Shown here in pieces: positions 49,951 to 61,575 of a DNA stretch of 64,000 nt (positions are counted from its first letter, which is position 1; every line of letters starts with the position of its first letter). The notes below the pieces were generated by a model, which worked only from the letters and a program-made list of their open reading frames with translations, did not search any database and was not told the origin of the DNA. The translations under genes and the position numbers were made by a program. Source of the DNA: Felis catus (lineage: Eukaryota); contig NC_058373.1 of assembly GCF_018350175.1 (NCBI RefSeq), positions 101,868,001-101,932,000 on the forward strand. The letters run 5' to 3'.

Positions 49951-52610
49951 AATGTAGATATCTTTGTATAGTGCCTACATCCCAATAAAAAATAATTATC
50001 TTACCCATAACTATTTCTATCTCTGAGGATTAGGCAGTGAAGTAAAACTTTATGCTACTCATACCCATTGATTTTAAATGGGGATAAATATGCTCCTTTT
50101 AAATTAAAATCTTTAATGGGGAACTCCCTCTTCAAGCTTGAACTTTTCCTAATAGTGATCTTCCCACCAGAACTCTGGATAACCAATAGGATGTTGCCTG
50201 TTTCTGTTAAAGCAAGGGCTGTATTTGGATACTAAGAGACTGTCAGAAGATCTCATGGCCAGGTAGAAGGATTCCTGGAAGTTGAGCTCAGTGCTTCTAA
50301 TTCATGAGGTGACCTTCAGCCTGTCAATCACCTTCCTTCAATTTCCATTGTCTTACCTGGGAACAAGGCTGCAGAGAACAGAAATATTGATTGAATGATC
50401 CCTGAAGGTATTTTTCAGGCTTTAAAATGACGGATTCTTCAGTTCTGCTAATTATGAAGCATCAGTAAATAATAAATAACCATCTCCAAGGCCCAGATCA
50501 GACAACAGTGACATCCCAGTGAAAATGCCCAGTCTTTTCAAATGACAAATTGGTTGATTCATTAGATAATTAGGTATATAAATGATGGCTTCTAGGTCTA
50601 CATATAGACATCCCAGCTGCAAACCTCTCCACAATGTATTGTCATAATTAAAACCACAGAACTAAATAAGCATAATCCAAACTGATGAGCAGGATTAATT
50701 GTAATAGGGGTAGAAGTCCACAGGTGAAGACTTTGACTAAAGAAGGTGTTGCTTTTTCCAATCCACAAACAACACTTGATTTCACATCAGTGGTGGCAAT
50801 CTTGCTGACCAGTTAGGCAAAAAAGAGAGGGTCCTGTGGCAGGTCTAGAGTGGTGGATGGCTAAACAGTGTGGACAGCTAATATGAGAAGGACAGGTGCA
50901 CAGAGCGCCCAGACCTGGAAAATCCCAACCCAGTGCAAAGATGCAACAGCTTTGGTTCTGGAAAAACCCTGATAGTGAATGATCATTTTTGGGATGTTCT
51001 AGTTCCTGCTGTGTTTGGGTTACACTGTTTATGCGGTTGTACAGATCTACAGTTCTTAACAGTTGGGTTCTGCAGTGTATTACTCTGGTGTTAAATGGAG
51101 GATCATCTGTTTTAGATCACAGATTTATTATTCTATTCTTCTTTATCAATGACATTGACATGAAGACTAATAACCATTGATGTAATATGAATGACGGAGA
51201 CCAAAAACATCAAGACTCTAGTCTTAGCTTCAACATCAACTTAGTTGAGTGGCCTTGGTCAATTGCTATATCTCTCCAAGCCTCTGATTCTTTAACTTAT
51301 AAAATGGCGAGGGGAGGGGAGTGAGGGTTAGATGATTCCTAAATCATGTCTTTAAATTCCCTTCCTGCTCTAAAGTTCTGGAATTCTGAGATAATTAGGG
51401 AGTAAATAAATGAGGGAAATAAATTTCAGTATTATACCTTCCAGTCTTCTGAAAATAATATTTTTGGAGGAAGGGCCCAAGAAATGTAGGACCATCATTA
51501 AAATTCCATCAGGACCAACTCCACTGGGCACCTAAACAACAGCAACATCTACTTTTCAATAAAACATTGGCATTGCTCTCGACCAGTTCTCCTGAGGTCT
51601 TGCCTCAGGAATGAAAAGCTCCGTATCCATCCCTTCAAGCACCTGGTGAGTCAATGTTCATTTCAGGGGGAATCATTTTTGAAGCAGAGCTTTTCATTTA
51701 GGGAAACATTGTGGTTATCTTACATCTTTGAAGGGGAAAAAAAAGCTAGGTTGTTTCCCTTAAGTCTGCTGCTCCTACAGCATTTAATTTAAAATGAAAA
51801 GATCCTGGTTTGGCTCTTTTATGCAGATGATTGCCTGACTCTGCCCTCAGACCACCCACACAGGACCAAAACCATAAGCTTTGTGAGTCATTTGGGGAAA
51901 GCCCAAATGGAAAAGAGATGCTTTCCATGTGGTTGAGCAGGTGATTTCTAATTCAGTTATAGGGAATCTTCATGCATCTCAGAGCCATGGATTTTAAATG
52001 ATTGTGTGGAATAGCCAACTTACAGCCAAGGAAACAACATGCACATTTACCGTGGAAGCAAGAGAAGAGCTTTTTTGACTTTCATATATTTCCTGCTACT
52101 GTCAGTCTAAAGTGAAGGGCCAGGGTTCAGAGAGGCAGCTTGGTCCTGGTGTGCTGCCACCTCCTCAAAAACTCTCTTTAGTCCTTGAGATACGGTGATG
52201 AATTAATTGAAATTGAAATCACCTAAAATGTTTACTTCTTTCAGCATTTCTTCACCTTAATGCAATGTGTTACTTAGAATATCAGCACCGCCTTACAGCT
52301 CCTGGCTGCTGTGTGCTTCTAACCATAGCAGGTGGTGGCTTAATACACAGAAGAGACTGATCTGTGCAGCCCTGTCTCCTAGTATACTTTCCTTGGCATC
52401 TGTAGCCCCAGTGACTAGTCCAGTGCCCGATGCATAGAGATACTAAGAGTCTGTTGAATGAGGAGGTTACCTTAAACTCTTTTCCCAGGAAGGTAACAAC
52501 TCACATTTCGTCACTTCAAAAGCAGTTTTCCACACATCATCTTAGTGGGTCTCGATCATCCATCCTAGTGCCCAGTATATACTGAGCACAGGGTAGAGGC
52601 TCAGCAAATT

Positions 52611-52650
52611 GGATGGATGGATGGATGGATGGATGGATGGATGGATGGAT
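52611..52650. repeat. (GGAT)10 microsatellite
   Basis: Direct reading. Confidence 0.92.
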
Positions 52651-52699
52651 GGGTAGATGGACATGTGGATGGATAAGGATGAGGCAGGCAGCAAATGAT

Positions 52700-53100
52700 T
52701 CCATTTGATTCAACCCTGGGAAGTAGGTAGAAGAGGTATTACTATTGTTATAACTATTTTCCAGATGAGATCCTAAGACACTGAGGAGCCAATAGATATG
52801 CTCAGGGTTTTAGATATTGAGTGTTCAGCTCCAGGGCTAAGAGTCTAAGCCCGGGGGGTTCTTTCTGCCACAAGAAGCAGTGTAGTGGTGGTCTTAAGGC
52901 AGGTTTGCACGTCAGAGAACCTTGTTTTGAACCCTGTCTCTTGGCCCTTCCTAGCTGTCTGTCTTTGACAAGTCCCTTACCCTCTGCACCTCAGCTTCCT
53001 ATCTGTGAAATTTGTGTTGGGGAGGTATGGTGGGAGGAGTAATTGATATAACCTACCTCCGAAGGCATTAAATGAGGATTAAATGGAACAGTGTGTATCC
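52700..53100. mobile_element. Two head-to-head MIRs (- at ~52700-52870, + at ~52875-53100)
   Basis: ttttccagatgag...ctgagg followed by cagtgtagtggtggtcttaagg...cctcagcttcctatctgtgaaat. Confidence 0.6.
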
Positions 53101-54544
53101 TTACATGACACTTAGCTGGAATTGGCAAATGGTAGCTGGTGCTGCCGCTGTGCTCACTGCCAGGTGACTTCTTTTTCAGACAGTGAAGGACCAGGAAAGG
53201 TAGTTTTTAACGATAGGTCTTTTGGGTTGCATTTGGGGAAATGACAGTACAGTATCCCCAACCTGGGGCAGGTAAGAAAGATGCAGAGTGAGGAGACAAG
53301 GCATTCATTTATCCAGTCACCCTTTCAGGAGAGCCTGAAATGTGTGGGAGAAAGGAGAGCGTTGGGATGAGCCAGGAAGGGGGAGGAGGATGATATGATT
53401 CAGTGCCTTCCCTTCTCCAGGACCTTGACTGTGGTGAGCAGCTGGCAGATCCTTTGCCCTGACACCCTTGGCTGGCTCTTCTATTGGTGTTACAAGGCAG
53501 ACTTTTAAATAATATGCAGAAATAAATAATGTGGGGAAAATACCTTGTCCAAATGAGAATGGTACTCCATAAATATGCTAATAACATTGTGGAAGGTTGG
53601 CTCAGGGAGGGGCTGAAAGATCATCCACTGAGCTATAATGGCTTTTTCAATGTTGTACCCTCAGCTTTTAGAGCGTGGAACGTGGTGGGCACTCGACACA
53701 TACCTGATGAATTCATTCATTCATCTAGTCCATTCCCCTTGTTTTGTACATGCAGAACCCAGTGTTATCCAGCCACATAATAGGTTCTCACCTTGAATTT
53801 CTAAATATAATGGAGGTACTTAGAATCTTCAGTAAGGACTTCAAGCAATCAGTGTTGCTTAACCAATGTCAGGACAGAAAAAGGGGTCTCATGAGGAGTT
53901 CTGGACACTGAAATCTAATGATAAAGAAAGTGATTCATATGCCCTGACCCTCCAGAAGATAAAAATGAAATGCATGAAAGGACAGGAAAGTCCAAGTTGA
54001 GTCTCAATCAAAGGAAGAAGATACTGATTAGGGCTGAGAGAAGCTTGTCCGTATAAGTAAGGATTCTGAAAGAGCAAGGAAGATACTCTTTTTGGTACAA
54101 CAGGCTATGGGGGAAATTTATCTCTTGTAAATCTGTGAAACACTATCAAGTAATCAGAGATAATTTTCATACCACACATAATATGCTAAAATGACCCATG
54201 AACGTCATTAGATTGGCTAGTACTTTGAGTTGATTTTTCCACTGGCAGTGTTGGTTTACATTGAAGTATTCTTACTCTGACAACTAATAGCTAATATTTT
54301 TGTAGCACTTCACACTATGCAAAACCCTTTTATGTGCATGAGATGATTTGACTTTTTTGAACAATTCCAAGATGTAGCCTTTGAAATCTACTATTGGGAG
54401 AAACCAAGGCACAGAAAGATGATATGACTTGCTACCCAAATCCCAAATTCTTGTCACTCTAGGAGACTGCTCTTTGTATGGCTGGTGCCTACCTCAACAT
54501 CAAGAGAGCTAGTGCCCAGCCAGCAAGTCAGAGCGGGGTATAAG

Positions 54545-54700
54545 GCAGTGTCTCTTAACCTTGAACATGCACACATGTCTGGCATCTTCGAATACAGATC
54601 CTGGTTCTCTAGATCTGTGGTAAGGCCAGAGAGTCCATCCAGCCTTTCTGACAAATGCCCAGGTGATTCCAGTGCTGCTGGTCCATGGATCTAGAGCACA
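54545..54700. mobile_element. MER5A-like MITE
   Basis: cagtgtctcttaacctt...acaaatgcccaggtgattcc...tgctgctggtcc. Confidence 0.65.
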
Positions 54701-55252
54701 GTTTTTGCAGTTTGTGAATCAGTTATGCTCTCGCCAGTGGCATTTCCAGACTAAGAGAAAATACGCTCCGAGCTTCCTACAGCTGATTCACATTCAGAGA
54801 GGACCTCCAGCTGGCCCCCTGACCCTCTCTTCCTACTCAGCAAGAGTGAAATGGCTACAGCAAGAAGCGGGTACCATTGTTCAGGAGTAAAAACATGTGT
54901 CTCAGGAGTCTTTGGATATTTCTGCTCACATACCATTCAGGTTGGAATTCTAGAAGCAAAATATCATTTATTTTACTTGGAAGGCAGGGCAAGAGTGATA
55001 AAATCCTGAACGGAAGAGCCTGCGCCGAGGTCTACTTGTGAATCCAAAGCAAACAAGGCTGGTTTGGTAGGAGAAGCAGTGATTTGTATGTTGTCTTTTC
55101 AGAGCCACTTGAAAAGTAAACAAGATGCCCATTCCTTGTGGGCATCTTTTGAAGACCAGGCAGAAATGGCATCCAACCCTGGGGAAGTTTGCAATGTCCA
55201 GGATGTGGGACAGAGTTTGGGGTGAACACTCAGGCAAAAAGATAGCCCAAGA

Positions 55253-55430
55253 CAGTAGTTCTCCACCTGGCTAGCCATTAAAAGTACTCAGGTGCATTAA
55301 AAAAGTATGAATGCTCCAACCCTACTATACGAGGATCTTTCTATTACTTCAGTCTGGAATGGAGCCTGGACATCAGGATTTTTTAAAGGCTCCAACAGCG
55401 TCCATTGTGCAGCCAAGGTTAAGAACCACT
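55253..55430. mobile_element. MER5A-like MITE
   Basis: cagtagttctc...tgtgcagccaaggttaagaaccact terminal inverted ends. Confidence 0.7.
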
Positions 55431-55515
55431 AGCCTGAGGCAAAAATGTGGCAAATGTGTCCAAAAAACGCCCCAGGATGGGAGGTGGAGTGAAGAGTTTG
55501 TATCAATATATAACA

Positions 55516-56422
55516 CAGTGAGTTTGGATTATTTGCAATACTTATGTTCTATAAAGTCACGGTGAACACTGAATTAGCAAATCCTGAACCATTGCTCCTG
55601 GGGGAGATACAGGGTTATGTTCCTGCAAGTCTCAGAACATTTTCACCAACTAGTCAATACATAACTTTGTTTCATGTGTGTTTAAAGACATCTTATGTGA
55701 TACAGGTTGTCGCTGCACTGACCTGGAACTCAAGGTCAACAGCTCTGTGACTCATACCTGAATGAAGCTTACCTACTCCATCTCGTTTCTCTCTAAGGCA
55801 CATCACAGCCTTCCTGCACTTAGGAACCAAACAGCACCTTAGCACTACTACACTCGGGGGCCATTGTATTTATTTATTTCTAAATGTAATACTTTTGAGA
55901 GAGAGAGAGAGCGACGGAGAGTGTGAGCGAGCATGAGCGGGGGAAGGGCGGGGGCGGGGGGAACACAGGATCTGAAGCAGGCTCTGCACTGACAGCAGCT
56001 AGCCCGATGGGGGGCTCGAACTCACGAACTGGACTCAAACTCGTGAACCATGAGATCATGTCCTGAGCCGTAGGCGAACCCTTAACCAACTGAGCCACCC
56101 AGGCACCCCAGGGGTTGGGGGAGGCATTTTAAATAGCGAAATCACGAAAGAAAAACATCAAAGTGAGAAAAACATGGCACTAAACAGACCTCGGAAAGGA
56201 CACCCATTTACAGGATAAGAGCGGACACAGGAAGGCAGAGAGTAGTGCCTGTTGAGCCTCAGTTGGGAACATGTGCGCCAGAGACTCAAAGTTTTTGCCA
56301 CTCTGAGCGTGTGCATGAATGACCATGACAATGCCACATGTATTGATTTGGGGCCTACAAATAAAGTTTAGCAAATCGGTGAATTCACAAATGTGGAATC
56401 TGTGAATGCAGAGGGTCACCAG
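55516..56422 (-). mobile_element. MER44-like (TcMar-Tigger) DNA transposon interrupted by a Can-SINE
   Basis: ttatgttctataaagtcac...aacactgaattagc...ctgaaccattgctcct and gaattcacaaatgtggaatctgtgaat ends match the recalled MER44 consensus. Confidence 0.8.
55866..56109 (-). mobile_element. Can-SINE with a short internal tandem duplication
   Basis: gggctcgaactcacgaac is followed by tggactcaaactcgtgaac; head gagccacccaggcacccc. Confidence 0.9.
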
Positions 56423-59400
56423 TATATGACCTGTAATAGCAGAACACACACACACACACACACTATACAGTTTGTGTGACAGGTGAAGCGGGACCCAGAA
56501 GTAGACAAGGAGCAGGGGGACCCGACCCGTGGATCTGAGCTGGCCATCTGGGTTCGACCCAGCCCTCCTGGTCACTCTCTGGCCCCTTTCTCTTTGACTT
56601 CGGATCCAAAGTCTCCAGACAGCTCTTCCCATCTCATCTCCAGTAAGAAATGAAAGCTGTTTGATTCCTGTCCTTAAACGAGAACAGTCCTGGGGCCTGA
56701 GTTATGCCAGGAACCTTGTGCCTGCAGTGTCTCTGGAAGTCTTTTATTGCAGGACTGATTTATAATACCCAAGTAGATGAGTTGAGAGCAATTACGTAAA
56801 TGCTGTTTCTCTGGGGTAGAGAAGAACAGTACGGTTTAAGTGAAAAATGCAGTACCGAGTCAAGAATTCAAATCGTGATGTGTAATTACAGACCGCAGTA
56901 AATCAGTTTTACAAACAGAGTACCAGTATCACCATGTTTCAACACCCACGGGGGCTGGTTGTGACAGTTTGGAATCCAAGAAGATACCAAAGGTGAACTA
57001 AGGCGGGAATTGGGATGTGTGAAGCCTCAATAGCTTGTCTTGAATCACATGGTGATTCAATCAAATATAATTAAGAAGCCAGGAGAGCCTACACCATCCA
57101 ATTTCTCTTAATTAACAACAACAACAAAAAAACATCTAATTAGCAATGTAAGCTCAAATTGTGGGTTTTTTGAATGGTTATTTATGTGTATTATTACATT
57201 TGACATTTAGATTGAATGCTTTAATGAAAACAAGAACCAATTCCCTAATCAGTCAATTGTCCTGCGAGCCACAGCACTGAGAAACTTGGGTTCTCATTCT
57301 TCTATCAAGTAACTAAGTTAAGCATTAGTCGGGACCACATAATACATCTCTATTCATCACCCTTCTCCTCAAACTAGAAAGAAAAGGGGGAAAAATATAT
57401 TTTTGCTCAATCAAGGCAAAGTTCAGAGTCTCGCGCCCGGAGAGATCTTGGCACCAGTCATGCAGTCAGCTGAGTGGAGGCCCTGATGGCAGGATTTATG
57501 CATCCAACTTGACTAATGAGTGCCATGGCATTTAAGAGCCACCCTGCCGTCTTATCTGGGAGACTTTAGGTTCCAGCGGCAGACTTTGCCTGTGGTTCAG
57601 CTCAAGGTAGGAGTTCATAGACAGGGTTTAAAAATATCCTTTGTTAGCCCCTTTCAAGGGGTTGACCTGCATCTTCTCTGGACCAGTGTCGCTAGCAGTG
57701 TCAGGATGTAAAAGGATACCCTGACGATTTGTTCAGCGACTCTGCCATGGCCTTGGGACTGATGCTCCGGTGTGGGGGGTGGTGGGGGCACTTAGCTGCT
57801 TAATCACGAAACCCTGGCTGTTTGCATTTCCACATGAGGATTACTTTTCCAGTACTCATGCCCAGTTAGCAGCCCTGAAGTTGTTAAACACAGGATGGAC
57901 AATCACATTTTGTAAACTTCAGCAGCACTTCCTGAATAGGCATGTGAGCTCAGGTGAGCACATCAGCAGTGACAATTTGACAGTTATCTTTTAAGAAAGG
58001 GGTAGGAGGGAAGTTTTGTCATCGGACATCTATCTCTCTGATTTTCTCCACTTTCTTCCTTCAACACAATGACTGGGGCGTTTTTGTGGATTAGCTGGAA
58101 AATGAAAAAGGACATACCCTCTTAAATCCACTCCTGGCCACTTGCTTGACTCAATTATTTACTCTGCTTGGTGTCATAAACAAAATGATTCAAACTCTGC
58201 ATCTCTGTCTAAATTCATTTCTGGATTTCATCTCTTCACTGTCTGTGTGGGTAGAAGTTCCATGGACAAGCCTCAAGGTTGAGTGCATATAGGTATAAAT
58301 ATAGCTAGGAAAAGAAACATAATGCAGGAAAGTAGAAGTTACCCCAGTATACAGGAACTTTAGAAGTGGCTGGCTTGATCCCACAGTTCGTTGAATTGGC
58401 TTAAACATCTGCTACAGTTGTGTCAAATTCTTCCATATTGATGTCATTGGTTTTGATAGAATGGAATCAGGATCTGGGCAGTTTCCTTTTAGGACTGCTT
58501 GATTTGAAGTTAAACCTGTGGGTAAGATTCAACCAATTTCTGTAAAATGTATATACTGGCTTCTTGTCTAACTTATTTCATAAATAATGACAATATAAAG
58601 TCAAATAGCAGTTATCTAAAATAGATTTTCTACTGGATGACACCCAGTTTTGCCATTATAGAAACCGACAAAAGAGGACAAATGAAATGTACCAAAGATT
58701 AATGCAGCAATAAAAGTCTGCCAGAAACATCCTAATTTGCTTCTTAAAAGCCCAAATGTTTAAGTGATAATGTGAAGGCAGAAACATACATCTTTGCTCT
58801 GCCCAAAGGCTGAGCTGTCTGTAGAGTAATAAGAGCTGACATCAGTGACAAGGACTCACATTATTGAGGAAACCTCTCCAGGTGCTTTTCCCTGCATCAG
58901 AATACTTCCATTTCAATACTGTATGGAAATGAGATTTAATAGGGAAAAGGAGATTTAGCAGTGTGTATTTGTCAACCTTTCTGTGATGTTCTTTGCGGTT
59001 TCATCTGCTTCCAGAGTCTCCCTTTGTTTTGTTTTGTTTTGTTGCTTAGGCAAGTGTACGTTTTCTCTTCCCAGAGAGTGTGTGGCTTCCTCTTTGGGCT
59101 TGTCGGGAACACCCTGTCCACCAACCACATCTTTCCTTTGTAGCATGGTCTCTTTTCTTCCCCCAGAATGAGGTGGAGTCTGAAGCTGTTTGGGGGAATC
59201 ATCTTCTGGTGTCCAGATGTTGTGAGCACTGCTTTTCCAAACCTTTGAACAAGAAGCAGAGAGCAAGCATGCAGAGTTGAGGCATATAACCTTCTAGATT
59301 TGCTTTTAATCTATTCCCTGAAGCAATGATGGCAGAGCATGTTAATTTTAACCTTAGTCATTAATCCCTTCTCCCCCCCCCCACCCCCCCACCTTTTACA

Positions 59401-59920
59401 CAAATCCGTACTTGGCCATAAATATGACTGGTGTTGTCTTTTTCTTTGCATGATGTCACTGATCAAGTACCCTGGTTTGGTTTTGTTTTTAAATGTATTC
59501 TTGCAGTACTATTAATCTTTTCTTCCCCAAAGATTCCCACTACAGGGCCTCTGATTACTGGTTGTGGCACCACAAAACCAACTAAAGAAGAGGAATCCAG
59601 GGTCTAATATCGTTTCACCACTGAGTCTCTAAAATGTTGGCTTTTTTTTTTTTCCTTAAGCAAATGCCTGGAATCATTCATACAAGTGGTGTTAACAGAA
59701 CTCCAGTCTTTGAAAATGGAAAGCCTTTTGTAGCAGTTCCTCAGATGCTCTGAAAGTGCGCTCAGAAGAAATTCTTGGATGACACCTGAAAGATGCCTGA
59801 TAAGCAGGCCTTAAGTAACTAAAGGGATGAACAGAAACACTCCCCTAGTAACTTGGAGATGATTTGATTTTGTAGCTGGCAGTGGGTTGAACTTTTTCTC
59901 CTTTAAACTTGACAAGTATC

Positions 59921-60136
59921 GGGGCGCCTGGGTGGCGCAGTCGGTTAAGCGTCCGACTTCAGCCAGGTCACGATCTCACGGTCCGTGGGTTCGAGCCCCG
60001 CGTCAGGCTCTGGGCTGATGCCTCGGAGCCTGGAGCCTGTTTCTCCCTTTCTCTCTGCCCCTCCCCCGTTCATGCTGTGTCTCTCTCTGTCCCAAAAATA
60101 AATAAACGTTGAAAAAAAAATTAAAAAAAAAATAAA
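59921..60136 (+). mobile_element. Young Can-SINE
   Basis: Perfect 17-bp TSD taaacttgacaagtatc at 59904-59920 and 60137-60153. Confidence 0.96.
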
Positions 60137-61361
60137 TAAACTTGACAAGTATCAAACCATCTTTTACAGCACAATTTAAGAACTACATGATACGAGCCCT
60201 CGAGTTGGTGTATTCAGCAAAGGTTCTACTGATACTCCGAATTTCTTGTGGATGTAGGTTTACTTTTGGATGTAGGTCTAGAAGATACTCTGAAAGTACG
60301 CCATTATCAGCTTATAAGTAGCATATTCCCTCGGCTTTATCATGGTATGTGGATACATGCAGCATGTACCTCCAGAGGAGGGAATTGGCTACGACCTTTT
60401 AATGTTGGAAAGAAATTTGAAGTTCATATTTTAAAATAATACATAAATGCTTAGTTTCCTCGTTCTTACTTTTTAAAATCCCTAAATCAGAATGAGTTAT
60501 TTTTGCAAAGTTTAGTCACGCTTGCAATTGGACTGAGTTTTATCACGAGCGTCTAGAATTTGAACATTTTAATGAAGCAGAAATGTCTCTGTGAGAAGGG
60601 CAGCTTGTCGAATTAGAAATGGAGAGACTGGCTTAGGAAGAAAAGAGATGAGAACTTCAAATCCCGACTACGTGGCTGTGTTCATAAGGACGTGATGAGG
60701 ATGTGGAACTCAACCTCGGGTTGAGAAGACAAACTATTGGGTTTGATGAAAGGGCGTGACATTAGGAAAATGGGAGTATTTCCTACCCTTATTCAAAAAG
60801 AAGTCAACCTCCATACTCTAGATTCCAAACTCTAGGACAAAATGTTAAGCCTGTAAATAGGTGGAAACATATTGGTAGCGATGAAAAGTGATGGTTGACG
60901 GAATGTGAGGCAAGGGTATAACTGAAAGGTGTGCAGAGGACTTTGAGCATGGGGTACCTCTATTGCCCATGAGAACCTCAGTCAACAAAGCGGAGAACAA
61001 TAATCATCTCTATTATGTATTGAGTTTTGGCCTTAGTCAGTAACATATAAAAAGAAAAATTGGCGTCCCCATAAAACAAGATTTGCACTTTGAATCTGTT
61101 GAAAGGAGAAAAAATGACAAAAAGAGCTATGAATTCAGCAGCATGTAAATTAATTTATATTTTATTAATTTTAATACTCTGCATATATATAAAAATTATT
61201 TGCAACACAGTATTTCATCTATTAACAGTGTGGTGCGTATAGGGAAATTAAAATATTTCCACTACCCAGGGGTCCACAGTTCATACCTTGGGAATTATTG
61301 AACTACCTTGCAGGGGGCTTCCAGCTTTGAAATGTTAAGAATCTATGTTCATAATAATAAT

Positions 61362-61575
61362 TCAAAAGATTTTTTTCTAAGTTTTATTTCTTTAGTTTGA
61401 GAGAGAGTGAGCGTGAGTGGGGGAGAAGACAGAAAGGGAGGGAGAGAATCCAAAGCAGACTCCTCGCACTGTCAGCGTGGAGCCCGATATGAGGCTCGAT
61501 CTCACGAACCACAAGATCTTGACCCAAATTGAAATCAAGTCTGCCACCTAACCGACTGAGCTGCTCTGGTACCCC
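61362..61575 (-). mobile_element. Can-SINE (older, diverged)
   Basis: gagagaatccaaagcag...cactgtcagcgtggagcccg...ctaaccgactgagc. Confidence 0.85.
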
